This document shows positions 32,194 to 40,784 of a stretch of DNA of 64,000 nucleotides, piece by piece. Source of the stretch: an uncultured Candidatus Saccharibacteria bacterium. Its GTDB lineage: Bacteria > Patescibacteriota > Minisyncoccia > Phycocordibacterales > JACOZG01. Where the stretch lies: assembly GCA_964651115.1 (NCBI GenBank), contig CAZYXJ010000001.1, positions 286,085 through 350,084 on the forward strand, read 5' to 3'. The notes below the pieces were generated by a model. The model did not search any database, had not been told where the DNA came from, and was given only the letters and a program-made list of their open reading frames with translations. Each line of letters starts with the position of its first letter. Position 1 is the first letter of the stretch. Made by a program: the position numbers and the translations under genes.

Positions 32194-32472
32194 CTAGGCC
32201 ACCAAGCGGCGCTCACGCGCACTGGCTCCACGAATCATCCCAACAATAGCAATCAAGACCACCGCTCCGGCTAGGGCCACCAAGAAGCTGTAGAGATTGA
32301 AGCCGGTCACGCCAGCTTGGCCAAATACGCCCATAATCCAACCACCCAATACGGCGCCCACGATGCCCACCACCACATTGAGAATTGAACCCTGTTCGCG
32401 ATCGGTCCCCATCACTAGCGAGGCCACCCAGCCGACGAGCGCACCGAAAATAACCCAAAGTAAAAAGTTCAT
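32194..32472 (-). CDS. GlsB/YeaQ/YmgE-family stress membrane protein
   Basis: 92 aa with three glycine-zipper TM helices (GALVGWVASLV...GIVGAVLGGWIMGVFG). Confidence 0.8.
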   Translation of the reverse strand: MNFLLWVIFGALVGWVASLVMGTDREQGSILNVVVGIVGAVLGGWIMGVFGQAGVTGFNLYSFLVALAGAVVLIAIVGMIRGASARERRLVA

Positions 32473-32529
32473 ATAAATTATGGTTATTGATAATAATCAC
32501 GACCATCCCCAGTCTGCACCTCGGGCATT

Positions 32530-32568
32530 AAAAAACAGTGAACCCCGTTCTCATGTGAGAACGGGGTT
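32530..32568 (-). terminator. rho-independent terminator
   Basis: ccccgttctc-atgtg-gagaacgggg hairpin. It is followed on the minus strand by TTTTTT. Confidence 0.5.
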
Positions 32569-32586
32569 TTAGCCTCCTGATTTAGA

Positions 32587-32931
32587 TCAAATTTGGTTGC
32601 GGAGAAAATTGAACCGGCCACCGCGCCAATTACGCCGACGACGCAAAGTCTCCCCCCGACTAGACGTAAACTCGGGATGCTGAAAGTGGGCGCGCCAGCT
32701 CCGAACCCCCTTAACCGACACACCAATCAACCACGGACCACCGAAAAGTTGCGGGTGGTCGTACTCCTTCCTCTTGGGCCGGACTACCTTACCCTTCACA
32801 GCAACCTCGGGACACTGGAGGTGGTAAACCACCAGCTCACTCCGACGCCGAAGCCAGCCCAAAAAGCGGTTGGGAACTTCGACCTCCAGTTCACACTCGT
32901 CACGCCCGCAACCACAAGGAATTTTTGGCAT
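32587..32931 (-). CDS. candidate small Cys-containing protein (114 aa)
   Basis: Internal ATG preceded by GGAGGA 9 nt upstream. The product reads MPKIPCGCGRDEC...LQCPEV... A terminator follows its stop. Confidence 0.3.
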   Translation of the reverse strand: MPKIPCGCGRDECELEVEVPNRFLGWLRRRSELVVYHLQCPEVAVKGKVVRPKRKEYDHPQLFGGPWLIGVSVKGVRSWRAHFQHPEFTSSRGETLRRRRNWRGGRFNFLRNQI

Positions 32932-33075
32932 CGTGCCGCTTCCTCCAGAGAACTGATTAAAGTAAAGAACCACGCCACTTTTTATCTTACGAATTATTGC
33001 CCATTTGGCAAGCAAAAATTTTACCCAAAATTTAGTGGGGATTGGGGGCCAAAGTTAGAAACGAAACTTTTGTTT

Positions 33076-33121
33076 AAAAAAGAGAAAGCCGCGGGAAAGT
33101 CCTTTGACTCTCTCCGCGGCT
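33076..33121 (-). terminator. rho-independent terminator after the 33143..33559 gene
   Basis: agccgcgg-loop-ccgcggct stem. It is followed on the minus strand by TTCTCTTTTTT. Confidence 0.5.
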
Positions 33122-33142
33122 GCTTTGGCCATTGTACTCCGT

Positions 33143-33559
33143 TTATAAACCACTCACCGTCTGACGCAAGAACGGCCGACGATCAGGGTTAAGGTAGGCG
33201 ACGTGAACCGCACCGAAATTTGCGGCGGGTCGACGGTGATAACCTTTAATGGCGCAGATAGCCACCTTATCCCCCTCGCAAATGCATCCGTCTTGAAGAA
33301 TGGCGATCACGTGACGACCGTCGCCATCAAGAACAACTAGAGCCAGCCTGATTCTGTTTTGCGGATATTCCGCCATGATCTTGCTGTCCGTTGTTGACCA
33401 TGTAAGGATCTGCCGGGCAACGCCAAGCTGGCTACCTTCCGCCTCGGTTTGAATCGAACTATCCGCGACAGCTTGGTCTGCGACATACATCCAATAAAAA
33501 AGCATGCTCAAGACTACGACCACACTCACAAAAACCGCAATTACCGTTCTTTTGTTCAT
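33143..33559 (-). CDS. hypothetical exported protein
   Basis: N-terminal signal/TM (VIAVFVSVVVVLSML). Length 138 aa. Confidence 0.5.
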   Translation of the reverse strand: MNKRTVIAVFVSVVVVLSMLFYWMYVADQAVADSSIQTEAEGSQLGVARQILTWSTTDSKIMAEYPQNRIRLALVVLDGDGRHVIAILQDGCICEGDKVAICAIKGYHRRPAANFGAVHVAYLNPDRRPFLRQTVSGL

Positions 33560-33744
33560 TGCCTAATCCACCCTATTCAAAGTTCTACTCAGACTCCCCC
33601 GCAACGCACGAAGTAACGAGTCTTTTTACATCATACTACATATATGTGTTTAAGTCAAGAAGTTGACGTTGGGTTCTAACTTCCCGCTTCCCGAACAGAA
33701 AAAACGTTAATTTTGAATCGCCCATAAGTTTAGCTCGCCGTTGC

Positions 33745-33984
33745 TCAAATTAAGTGCTTGTTGCGAAAGGCAAAACCAGAACCATTTTTTAAATACATTT
33801 CAAACTTAATCGCCTTAGTTTTGTCAGGAAAAGCACAATACCAAATCAAAACATAGGGTTTCTTACTCGAAGAATATTTCGCTGAACCGCTATTATGATC
33901 GGCTACTCTTTTTCGAACATCAGATGTAGAGCCAACATAGTAGCTGCCATCAACTTTGCTTTTTAAAACATAAACAAAATGCAT
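33745..33984 (-). CDS. GIY-YIG nuclease-family protein
   Basis: FVYVLKS...DGSYYVGSTSDVRKRVADHN matches the GIY-YIG motif. Length 79 aa. It lies in an AT-rich segment. Confidence 0.8.
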   Translation of the reverse strand: MHFVYVLKSKVDGSYYVGSTSDVRKRVADHNSGSAKYSSSKKPYVLIWYCAFPDKTKAIKFEMYLKNGSGFAFRNKHLI

Positions 33985-34056
33985 GAGTTTAATTATGCAT
34001 CAATTCGTTCTACTTCGCCCGCCTGTGTCGAGCTTCGAAGAACCACTGCTTCTCAC

Positions 34057-34082
34057 AACAAAAAACCACCTTTTGTGGTGGT
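34057..34082 (-). terminator. terminator of ssrA
   Basis: accacc-aaaa-ggtggt hairpin plus TTTTTT on the minus strand, immediately 3-prime of the tmRNA end. Confidence 0.45.
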
Positions 34083-34133
34083 AATTTGCGTCTGGCTTTT
34101 TAGTGCTTGCACTGCGAAGCCTTGGCGAAGCAG

Positions 34134-34502
34134 TGGAGATGGCGGGAATCGAACCCGCGTCCGAATGAGTCGGTCAGTTGGAATCTACAAGTTTAGTTAA
34201 CTTTAAATTTTAAACTGTGACGATAAAAAATTAACCAAACTCGTCACAATCGAGCTCATAATTTTAGGTCTCCAACCCGAGCCGAGTTGGTTTCCGATCC
34301 TGCAAGGCAACACGGAACGGATCGAGCACAGGCACTCGGATCCGCACCGCTACATTACGCTAAAGCGAACGTAGAAGTGTAGTATGGAGATACTACACCC
34401 GTATCAGATGCGTTTGCACGTATCTGGGTGCTTGTTTTTACGAGGTCAAGCGCCTCGACCTGCTTCCTCCTGCTTCGTCAATCGTCGAAGCCGATCATCC
34501 CC
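34134..34502 (-). ncRNA. ssrA: tmRNA
   Basis: On the minus strand the 5-prime end reads GGGGATGATCGGCTTCGACG and the 3-prime end reads GGACGCGGGTTCGATTCCCGCCATCTCCACCA. An internal tag reading frame ends in ...TFALA-stop. Confidence 0.85.
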
Positions 34503-34947
34503 GATTAGTTTTCAACGTTCTCCGATCTTCCCGGTCGGCCTCTCGTTTTTTTATCACTGCCCGCTTATCATATTTCTTTTTACCGCGAGCGAGAGCTAGA
34601 GATAACTTAAGCCGACCAGCCTTACTATACATCTCAAGTGGCACTATCGTCAAGCCCGGAGCAGATTCCGCGGCCCGCAACCGCGCCAGCTCTTTCGCTC
34701 CTAAAAGCAAGGTAATGCTCCGCTCGGGATTAAAGTCTGGCGGCGTATTGCCGGCCTGATAAGGACTAATCGTCGCGCCCACTAAGTACGCCGTGCTCCC
34801 CCTCACCAAAACCCTCGCGCCCTTAAGCTGAGCTCGCCCTGCCCTAATGGCCTTAACTTCGTACCCACGCAAAACCAACCCGGCTTCAAAGTGTTCGAGC
34901 AATTCGTAATCAAAGCGCGCGCGCGAATTAGCAACTAGCGAAGACAT
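34495..34947 (-). CDS. smpB: SsrA-binding protein
   Basis: 150 aa with a typical SmpB core and basic C-terminal tail. It lies immediately upstream of ssrA. Confidence 0.9.
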   Translation of the reverse strand: MSSLVANSRARFDYELLEHFEAGLVLRGYEVKAIRAGRAQLKGARVLVRGSTAYLVGATISPYQAGNTPPDFNPERSITLLLGAKELARLRAAESAPGLTIVPLEMYSKAGRLKLSLALARGKKKYDKRAVIKKREADREDRRTLKTNRG

Positions 34948-35037
34948 CTTAATTGCATTCTACCTCAAGACGGGTATAATGTCGCTAAGATGTTTTAGGT
35001 CGAGAATTATTTAAAGTTAAAATTCATCAACACGCAA

Positions 35038-35286
35038 ATGTCAAAGAATCGAGGTTTCGGCGTTGGCGCAGTTGTAGTAATTATCGCCTTGATCTTGATC
35101 ATCGGTGGTTATATGTACTACAGCCGCAATGCCGCCGTCACCACTCCTGAGACCACCACGCCAGACACCACCACGCCTGCTACTGGTATGATGGAAGATG
35201 GTAGCGCCACAGCCGCGGCGACCACTTCTGATAACGCCGCCGCCGTAGGCATCACCGCCACCGGTAGCGCCACCGTTACTCAGTAA
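35038..35286 (+). CDS. small membrane-anchored Thr/Ala-rich protein (82 aa)
   Basis: TM helix GAVVVIIALILIIGG, then a TTPETTTPDTTTP low-complexity tail. Confidence 0.45.
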   Translation: MSKNRGFGVGAVVVIIALILIIGGYMYYSRNAAVTTPETTTPDTTTPATGMMEDGSATAAATTSDNAAAVGITATGSATVTQ

Positions 35287-35302
35287 TCACTTTTTACTCT
35301 GC

Positions 35303-35342
35303 AAAAAACACCCCGTCCGCGCGAAAGCGCGGACGGGGTGTT
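35303..35342 (-). terminator. rho-independent terminator
   Basis: caccccgtccgcgc-gaaa-gcgcggacggggtg hairpin with a minus-strand T-run. Confidence 0.6.
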
Positions 35343-35349
35343 GCAGTTC

Positions 35350-36024
35350 TCAGTCTCGACAACGACCACCAGCCGGAGCCAAAAAAGTAGCCCCTTTTTG
35401 CTCCAATTTCTTAAACAGATCGTCGGCCACCTCATCCACTGAAGGACTGGCCGAAATCGTAATCACTGGCACGGAGCGTCCAGCCTTAAGGGATTCAATC
35501 ATCGGCCAAGTCGAACTTTCGAACTCTTCCCAGCGGCGACAGAAGACTGCCTCCCGATCATCTGGTCGGACATCGAGACCGGTTTTTTGGGCTTGATTAA
35601 TCCTGTTCAGGCGACGCGAATCGCTCTCTTCGCGCCCCAGCTCAAGCTCAACCACCAACGCCGGGTGATCTCGCCAGACAAATTTATATCGAGCCACCTC
35701 CAGCAGTTTCTCGGCCTGTTCAATCGTACGCGGGAACCCGGCCATGATCACACCCCGATCATGTTCGGGACGCCTGATCCTCTCCTCCCAAACTCGACAC
35801 ACCACATGATCGGGCCACAGACGACCCTCATTTTGGCGTCCAGACCAAACGGGAGATGATTCAACATCAGCCCCCCTCAACCAATCGCTCATATCGCCAA
35901 AGGGCGGCCCTCCGACCATGCGGTCGTGCAATCGGCGGGCCTGCGTGGTCTTACCCGAACCCGGTGGACCCACCAAGACAATGATCAATTTAGCGCCTCC
36001 TTTCGGCAGTAAACGGTTGATCAA
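35350..36024 (-). CDS. P-loop nucleotide/nucleoside kinase-like protein
   Basis: IVLVGPPGSGKTTQA, a P-loop resembling the adenylate kinase GxPGxGKGTQ motif. Length 224 aa. Confidence 0.55.
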   Translation of the reverse strand: MINRLLPKGGAKLIIVLVGPPGSGKTTQARRLHDRMVGGPPFGDMSDWLRGADVESSPVWSGRQNEGRLWPDHVVCRVWEERIRRPEHDRGVIMAGFPRTIEQAEKLLEVARYKFVWRDHPALVVELELGREESDSRRLNRINQAQKTGLDVRPDDREAVFCRRWEEFESSTWPMIESLKAGRSVPVITISASPSVDEVADDLFKKLEQKGATFLAPAGGRCRD

Positions 36025-36053
36025 CCAAACCTCTCTTCAAACCCTAGCATAGG

Positions 36054-36082
36054 TTGACTTCTAACGGCAAATCACCTATGAT
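36054..36082 (+). promoter_or_regulatory. candidate sigma70-like promoter of the infC operon
   Basis: TTGACT then a 17-nt spacer then TATGAT. It is embedded in an imperfect inverted repeat (ccctagcatagg ... cctatgatgctaggg). An AAAGGAGG SD follows. Confidence 0.4.
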
Positions 36083-36116
36083 GCTAGGGTTCTAAAAGGA
36101 GGTAACTTAAATCCAC

Positions 36117-36629
36117 TTGGCAGCGAAAATTAAAGTCAATCACGAAATTTCGGCACGAGAACTGCGCGTGATTGACGAGTCTGGAGAAAATCTGGGCGTC
36201 CTCTCTCGCCAAGAAGCCATGAATCGGGCTCAAGCCGCCGGACTAGATCTAATTGAGATCGGTCCCCTGGCCCAACCGCCAGTGGCCAAGATAATGGATT
36301 TTGGTAAATATCAGTACATCGAGAACAAAAAACAAAAGGCCTCAAAGTCCAAGGTTAAGGTTACCGAAACCAAGTCTCTGCAAGTCAAAATTGGTACGGG
36401 CGACCACGACCTGGAGATCAAAGCCGGAAAAGTCTCCGAATTTCTCCGGGACGGTCATCGCGTCAAAATTGATCTCTTTTTGCCGGGACGAGCCAAGTAT
36501 CTCAATCCCAAGTTCCTCGAGGAGCGACTGGAGCGACTACTTAAATTCGTATCGGAAGCTTACCGCATCTCCGATCCTCCCAAAAAAAGCACCAAGGGCC
36601 TAACCACCGTTATCGAACGAGCCAAATAA
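36117..36629 (+). CDS. infC: translation initiation factor IF-3
   Basis: IF3 N- and C-domains (ARELRVIDESGENLGVLS...). It has a non-ATG start, which is common for infC. Confidence 0.9.
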   Translation: MAAKIKVNHEISARELRVIDESGENLGVLSRQEAMNRAQAAGLDLIEIGPLAQPPVAKIMDFGKYQYIENKKQKASKSKVKVTETKSLQVKIGTGDHDLEIKAGKVSEFLRDGHRVKIDLFLPGRAKYLNPKFLEERLERLLKFVSEAYRISDPPKKSTKGLTTVIERAK

Positions 36630-36645
36630 GTTAGTAAGTTTTTAT

Positions 36646-36840
36646 ATGAGCATCAAAACCAACAAATCATATTCTAAGCGTCTTAAGATCACCCGCACGG
36701 GGAAGATTTTGGCGCGCAAAGGTGGTCAGAACCACTTTAACGCCAAAGAGAGCCGCGCCAAGCAACTAAGCAACAAGCGCCAGGTCAATTTTATAATCAA
36801 AACCAAGGCGGCCTCCCACCTCTTGCCCAATCAGCTCTAA
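36646..36840 (+). CDS. rpmI: 50S ribosomal protein L35
   Basis: 64 aa basic protein between infC and rplT. Confidence 0.9.
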   Translation: MSIKTNKSYSKRLKITRTGKILARKGGQNHFNAKESRAKQLSNKRQVNFIIKTKAASHLLPNQL

Positions 36841-36858
36841 CAAGCTAATCTACCCAAT

Positions 36859-37203
36859 ATGCCACGAGTCAAACGAGGAACTATTGCCCAAAAGCGCCGC
36901 CGCAATCTATTGGCCCAAGCCAAAGGTTTCCGTTTTGGCCGCTCCAAGAAAGAGCGCGAGGCCAAGGTGGCCGTCACTAAGGCCGGTGCCTACGCCCGCG
37001 CCCACCGTCGCGCCAAGAAGAACGACTTCCGTCGTCTCTGGCAAATCCAGATTGGTGCCGCCGTCCGCCCCTTCGACCTCTCTTACAGTCGCTTTATGGA
37101 TCTACTCAAAAAGAAGGGCATCTTGCTAGACCGCAAAATTTTGGCCACGTTGGCTCAAGAAGAACCCGCCACCTTCCAGCGAGTTGTTGAGTCCGTCAAA
37201 TAA
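36859..37203 (+). CDS. rplT: 50S ribosomal protein L20
   Basis: MPRVKRGTIAQKRRRNLL..., the typical L20 N-terminus. Confidence 0.95.
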   Translation: MPRVKRGTIAQKRRRNLLAQAKGFRFGRSKKEREAKVAVTKAGAYARAHRRAKKNDFRRLWQIQIGAAVRPFDLSYSRFMDLLKKKGILLDRKILATLAQEEPATFQRVVESVK

Positions 37204-37208
37204 CTAAC

Positions 37209-37850
37209 CTACAAAATCGTCTCACAAGTCCCGCTCGGAATCGTCCGATGTTCGGGATTTTTGTAGAACTTATAACTTTCGGTTTTCTCTTTTTTCAAAA
37301 TATCAACAATCCGACTGACCAACTTTTTAGGATCACGATCGAAAATCACTCGGTCGCTCGGACGATGACCCTTAACCATAATGTCGCGGATCACTTCGTC
37401 CGTCAGCCAATCGCCCTCCAGAATGCCGATTAACTTGCCATCCTCAAAGGCAATGGTAAATTCGTTGACCGTTCCCACCCGACCACAGCCAATTAAAACC
37501 GCGTCCGACGAGCGAGTTAATAAAAGATTGCGCCCCGAGAAACCAAAACCGGTGTAGACAATCACATCCATATAATCAATAGGCAAGCCGTAAACTTCGA
37601 CATGCTCCCGCTCCGTCGAGGCGGGCGATAAACCGATCGACATCCCGCCCGCCTCCTTAGCCCCCATCGCCGACCACAGCGGAAAGCCCGTGGTCGCCCC
37701 CGTCATCAAGACGCCACCCTGCTTAACCACCTCCTGACCAAGCGACTTAGCCAGGTCCATGGCATTGGGTCCACAGTGGCCCGTCTCGGCGGCGCCAGAG
37801 ACACAAATTTTAAACTGGAGATGGCCGTGCTTTTGCTCTCGAGTAATCAT
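37209..37850 (-). CDS. LOG/TIGR00725-like Rossmann-fold protein
   Basis: ICVSGAAETGHCG...VLMTGATTGFP... resembles the SLOG/LOG-family nucleotide-binding fold. Confidence 0.5.
   Translation of the reverse strand: MITREQKHGHLQFKICVSGAAETGHCGPNAMDLAKSLGQEVVKQGGVLMTGATTGFPLWSAMGAKEAGGMSIGLSPASTEREHVEVYGLPIDYMDVIVYTGFGFSGRNLLLTRSSDAVLIGCGRVGTVNEFTIAFEDGKLIGILEGDWLTDEVIRDIMVKGHRPSDRVIFDRDPKKLVSRIVDILKKEKTESYKFYKNPEHRTIPSGTCETIL
37229..37263 (+). terminator. candidate terminator of the infC-rpmI-rplT operon
   Basis: Nested hairpin cccg-ctcgga-atcg-tccga-...-cggg followed by ATTTTTG. It overlaps the 3-prime end of the convergent minus-strand gene. Confidence 0.35.
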
Positions 37851-37871
37851 TAATTCTAGTATAGCTTAATT

Positions 37872-39266
37872 TTAACAAGGCAGCTCAAAAGTACTCCCCG
37901 GTTCGGGGGCGATCGCCTTTAAGCCGAAGTAGTCACGCAAGCGTTGGACCAAAAACAACGCCGACTTAGGCTCGCCCATCACCACAAAAACTTGCTTGAG
38001 ACTATCGGCGGTACGATGCGCAAAATCAATCAAATCGTCAGAGCCCTTGTGCGCTGAGTAACCGTTAATCGTAATCACCTTAGCGTGCACGGGCACGCGA
38101 TCACCCAAAATCGTCACACTATCAGCGCCATCCTGCAATTGGCGACCCAAACTACCGGGCGCCTGATAGCCCACCAAGAGCAAAGCACTCTTCGGATCAG
38201 GCAAATAACGCTTCTCGTGGTGGATTACTCGCCCACCATTAGACATCCCCGAACCAGCAATAATAATCTTCGGGCCACTGTGCCCGGCAATAGACTTAGA
38301 CTCGTCCGTCGTCACCGACAAGCGCAATTGAGGGAACCGAAAAATTCCCCCATCCCCCGCCACCGCTGGCGCAACTTCGTCTTTGAGATACTGGCGGGCA
38401 TACTTCTTGTAAACCGCCGTAACGTTAATCGCTAGTGGTGAGTCGATAAAAACAGGCACGAGCGGGATCCGGGAGTGCTCCATCATCTCCTCAATCTCAA
38501 ACAGCATCTCCTGAGTGCGCTCAATGGAAAAGGCGGGGATGACTAGCGCGCCACCAGCCTTCATCGTGTTTTCGATAATATCTTCTAACTTTTGCTTACG
38601 CGCGGTCCGATCCTCATGATTACGGTCGCCATAGACGCTCTCCATAATCAAATAATTTGCATCGCCAATCACTTCCGTATCCCTAAGCAGTGGCGCTGGT
38701 GAGTTGCCCAGATCGCCAGTGAAAACAATCTTCGTGCCGTTATAAACAAACTCGTACATCGTCGAGCCCAGAATGTGCCCAGCATCACGAAGCGTGGCCA
38801 CCAACTCACCATGCTCAATCGTCTCGCCGTACTCTCTAGTTTGCCACAAACGCATCGTCTCCGTCACATCAGCTTCGGTGTAGAGCAATTCGGTCTCGTG
38901 ATTACGAGCTTCTTTTTCTAAAACACCCAAACTATCGATCAAACTAAGTTCGGCAATTTCTTTAGTCGGTGGCGTCGAATAGATTTTTCCTCGAAATCCC
39001 TGATGGACCAAGCGTGGAATCCGACCAATGTGATCAAGATGGGCGTGAGTAATAAATAAGGCACTAATTGATTTAGGATCGTAACTAAAAGGATGGTAAT
39101 TAGGATCATCAGCCACGCGCGGTCCCTGCAATAGTCCACAATCAACCAGTATCTTATCGCCAGCCTCTGTTTCTAACAAAAAATTTGCCCCCGTCACCGT
39201 GCCCGCCCCGCCGCAGAATGTCAGTCGCACCTTTTTGGTATCAGCCATGGAGTAAGTATACCGCAA
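37872..39266 (-). CDS. MBL-fold beta-CASP ribonuclease (RNase J/CPSF-like)
   Basis: HxHxDH motif (ITHAHLDHIG) and a beta-CASP arrangement. Length 464 aa. Confidence 0.7.
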   Translation of the reverse strand: MRYTYSMADTKKVRLTFCGGAGTVTGANFLLETEAGDKILVDCGLLQGPRVADDPNYHPFSYDPKSISALFITHAHLDHIGRIPRLVHQGFRGKIYSTPPTKEIAELSLIDSLGVLEKEARNHETELLYTEADVTETMRLWQTREYGETIEHGELVATLRDAGHILGSTMYEFVYNGTKIVFTGDLGNSPAPLLRDTEVIGDANYLIMESVYGDRNHEDRTARKQKLEDIIENTMKAGGALVIPAFSIERTQEMLFEIEEMMEHSRIPLVPVFIDSPLAINVTAVYKKYARQYLKDEVAPAVAGDGGIFRFPQLRLSVTTDESKSIAGHSGPKIIIAGSGMSNGGRVIHHEKRYLPDPKSALLLVGYQAPGSLGRQLQDGADSVTILGDRVPVHAKVITINGYSAHKGSDDLIDFAHRTADSLKQVFVVMGEPKSALFLVQRLRDYFGLKAIAPEPGSTFELPC

Positions 39267-39288
39267 AACCCAATAGGGCCCCGCTTAT

Positions 39289-39897
39289 TTAATTCGACGA
39301 AGAACTAAACTTAAAGGTAGACAAAATATCCATGAGCGCTTGGCGATACTGATCAATCTCCGCCTGAGAAGGAATCTTGCCGTATCCGAAATTACTTGAA
39401 ACGGTTAGAGTCTTACCTTTCACCTGGGCCCGAGCATACTCACTCCACGTCGAAGCATCGGCGTCTAAAAAGCCCGAAAGCGCGTACCCCTGACCATCAA
39501 TCGTGGCATTAATAATGATCGACTTAGAAGATACTCCCGTCCCCGTAAAGGTACAGAAATTTCCTTGGCTGTCTCCATTACCATAAGAAATCACTCCTTT
39601 CGGAAAACTAATACTAAGGCAGTCACCCACCTTGGTGATAACAGCCTCATCGGGATATCTAAAACTAAGATTATTCGCCAGATCATTGTAGGTTGACCAC
39701 CCGTTTACCGTCGACGTAAGGACAGGGGCATTTTGCCGAGCCAAAAGCTGGATCAACTGTTGCTGAAGCGCAACAACTTGACTCAACAATTGCTGAATCA
39801 GAGCACTATCCGTCACTGCCGCCCGACTGGTCAACGGAACAACCACCGCGGTTAAGACTAAAGTGCAGGCACAGAACTTAAAGATTAGTTTTTTCAT
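39289..39897 (-). CDS. hypothetical secreted protein
   Basis: Signal peptide, then a Q-rich helical segment DSALIQQLLSQVVALQQQLIQLL. Confidence 0.5.
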   Translation of the reverse strand: MKKLIFKFCACTLVLTAVVVPLTSRAAVTDSALIQQLLSQVVALQQQLIQLLARQNAPVLTSTVNGWSTYNDLANNLSFRYPDEAVITKVGDCLSISFPKGVISYGNGDSQGNFCTFTGTGVSSKSIIINATIDGQGYALSGFLDADASTWSEYARAQVKGKTLTVSSNFGYGKIPSQAEIDQYRQALMDILSTFKFSSSSN

Positions 39898-39942
39898 TAA
39901 ATTAATTTAATTAGCTGCGAACTCATCATACCACCAATGAAC

Positions 39943-39972
39943 GACATCAAAAAATCCCCCAACGGGGATTCT
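39943..39972 (-). terminator. rho-independent terminator after ndk
   Basis: aatcccc-caac-ggggatt hairpin plus TTTTTT on the minus strand. Confidence 0.5.
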
Positions 39973-40160
39973 TTGATGCGGCTATTTGGAATTTATTACC
40001 CTAGAATCGAAACCCTAGGTGGGTGCCCGCACAGACAGCCCCTCGAGACTGCCGATATTGTGACTCCCTGAAAATATAATTGATCTTAGATAATACCCCC
40101 AAATAACCGCTGACCTAATTATATACCCGCCAGCATGAACGTCCAGTTAAAGTTTTCCAC

Positions 40161-40766
40161 CTACTCGAGAAGGCCATCGAGATTAACGTCGTAAAGAATT
40201 TGTTCCTGAACAAGACGGTAATCCACCAATTCCTCGGGATTAAACCATAGCTTAATTTCCCCCTCAGCCTCCTCGGGCGAGCCAGAAGCGTGAACTAGAT
40301 TGCGGACCGAACGCCCGTCAGCATCCGACATCGCGTAAGAATCGAGCACGTAATCGCCCCGGATTGTCCCAATGTCGGAGGTTAGCGGTTCCGTCCCACC
40401 AGTTATTTTGCGCACAATCTTAACCGCGTTGGCCCCTTGCCAAACCAGGGCCCCCAAAGGACCGAGCGTCATGTACTTCTTTAACCGACCAAGCAGTCTC
40501 TCCGTCACCTCAAGTGGATCGCGAGTTGGCGGTTCCAATCCTTTGTCGAGATAGCCCTTAATCGTTTTCTCCCCCGTCACTCGGCGCCAGGCCGGATCCA
40601 GCGTGTAATGCTGTTCGATTAGCTCTGGCGTCGGAACCAAAAATTTTGCCCCCACCAACTTTAAACCGATTCGTTCGTAACGTTTAATAATTTCCCCCAT
40701 CAAACCGCGCTGGACGGCATCAGGCTTAATCAAAACCAGAGTCCGTTCTTCTTTCGGATGTGCCAT
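40161..40766 (-). CDS. ndk: nucleoside diphosphate kinase with C-terminal extension
   Basis: NDK core (LVLIKPDAVQRGLMGEII...). About 50 extra residues at the C-terminus. Confidence 0.9.
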   Translation of the reverse strand: MAHPKEERTLVLIKPDAVQRGLMGEIIKRYERIGLKLVGAKFLVPTPELIEQHYTLDPAWRRVTGEKTIKGYLDKGLEPPTRDPLEVTERLLGRLKKYMTLGPLGALVWQGANAVKIVRKITGGTEPLTSDIGTIRGDYVLDSYAMSDADGRSVRNLVHASGSPEEAEGEIKLWFNPEELVDYRLVQEQILYDVNLDGLLE

Positions 40767-40784
40767 AAGCTAAAGTATAGCAAA

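Noticed and set aside
32590-33075. Possible RNase P RNA or a second tmRNA-like structured RNA
   Set aside because: By eye I could not find the conserved RNase P CR-I/CR-V strings, a tRNA-like 3-prime end, or a GGGG...CCA frame. The authentic tmRNA is at 34134..34502. This is left as an open locus rather than called.
32593-33192. 199-aa plus-strand ORF
   Set aside because: It has odd Pro/Thr-rich composition and spans two minus-strand terminators and the start of the 33143..33559 gene. It is unlikely to be real.
39975-40160. cctag-type short palindromes (accctagaatcgaaaccctaggt) in the ndk downstream spacer
   Set aside because: The stems are too short and there is no repeat array. No CRISPR-like periodicity is seen anywhere in the window.
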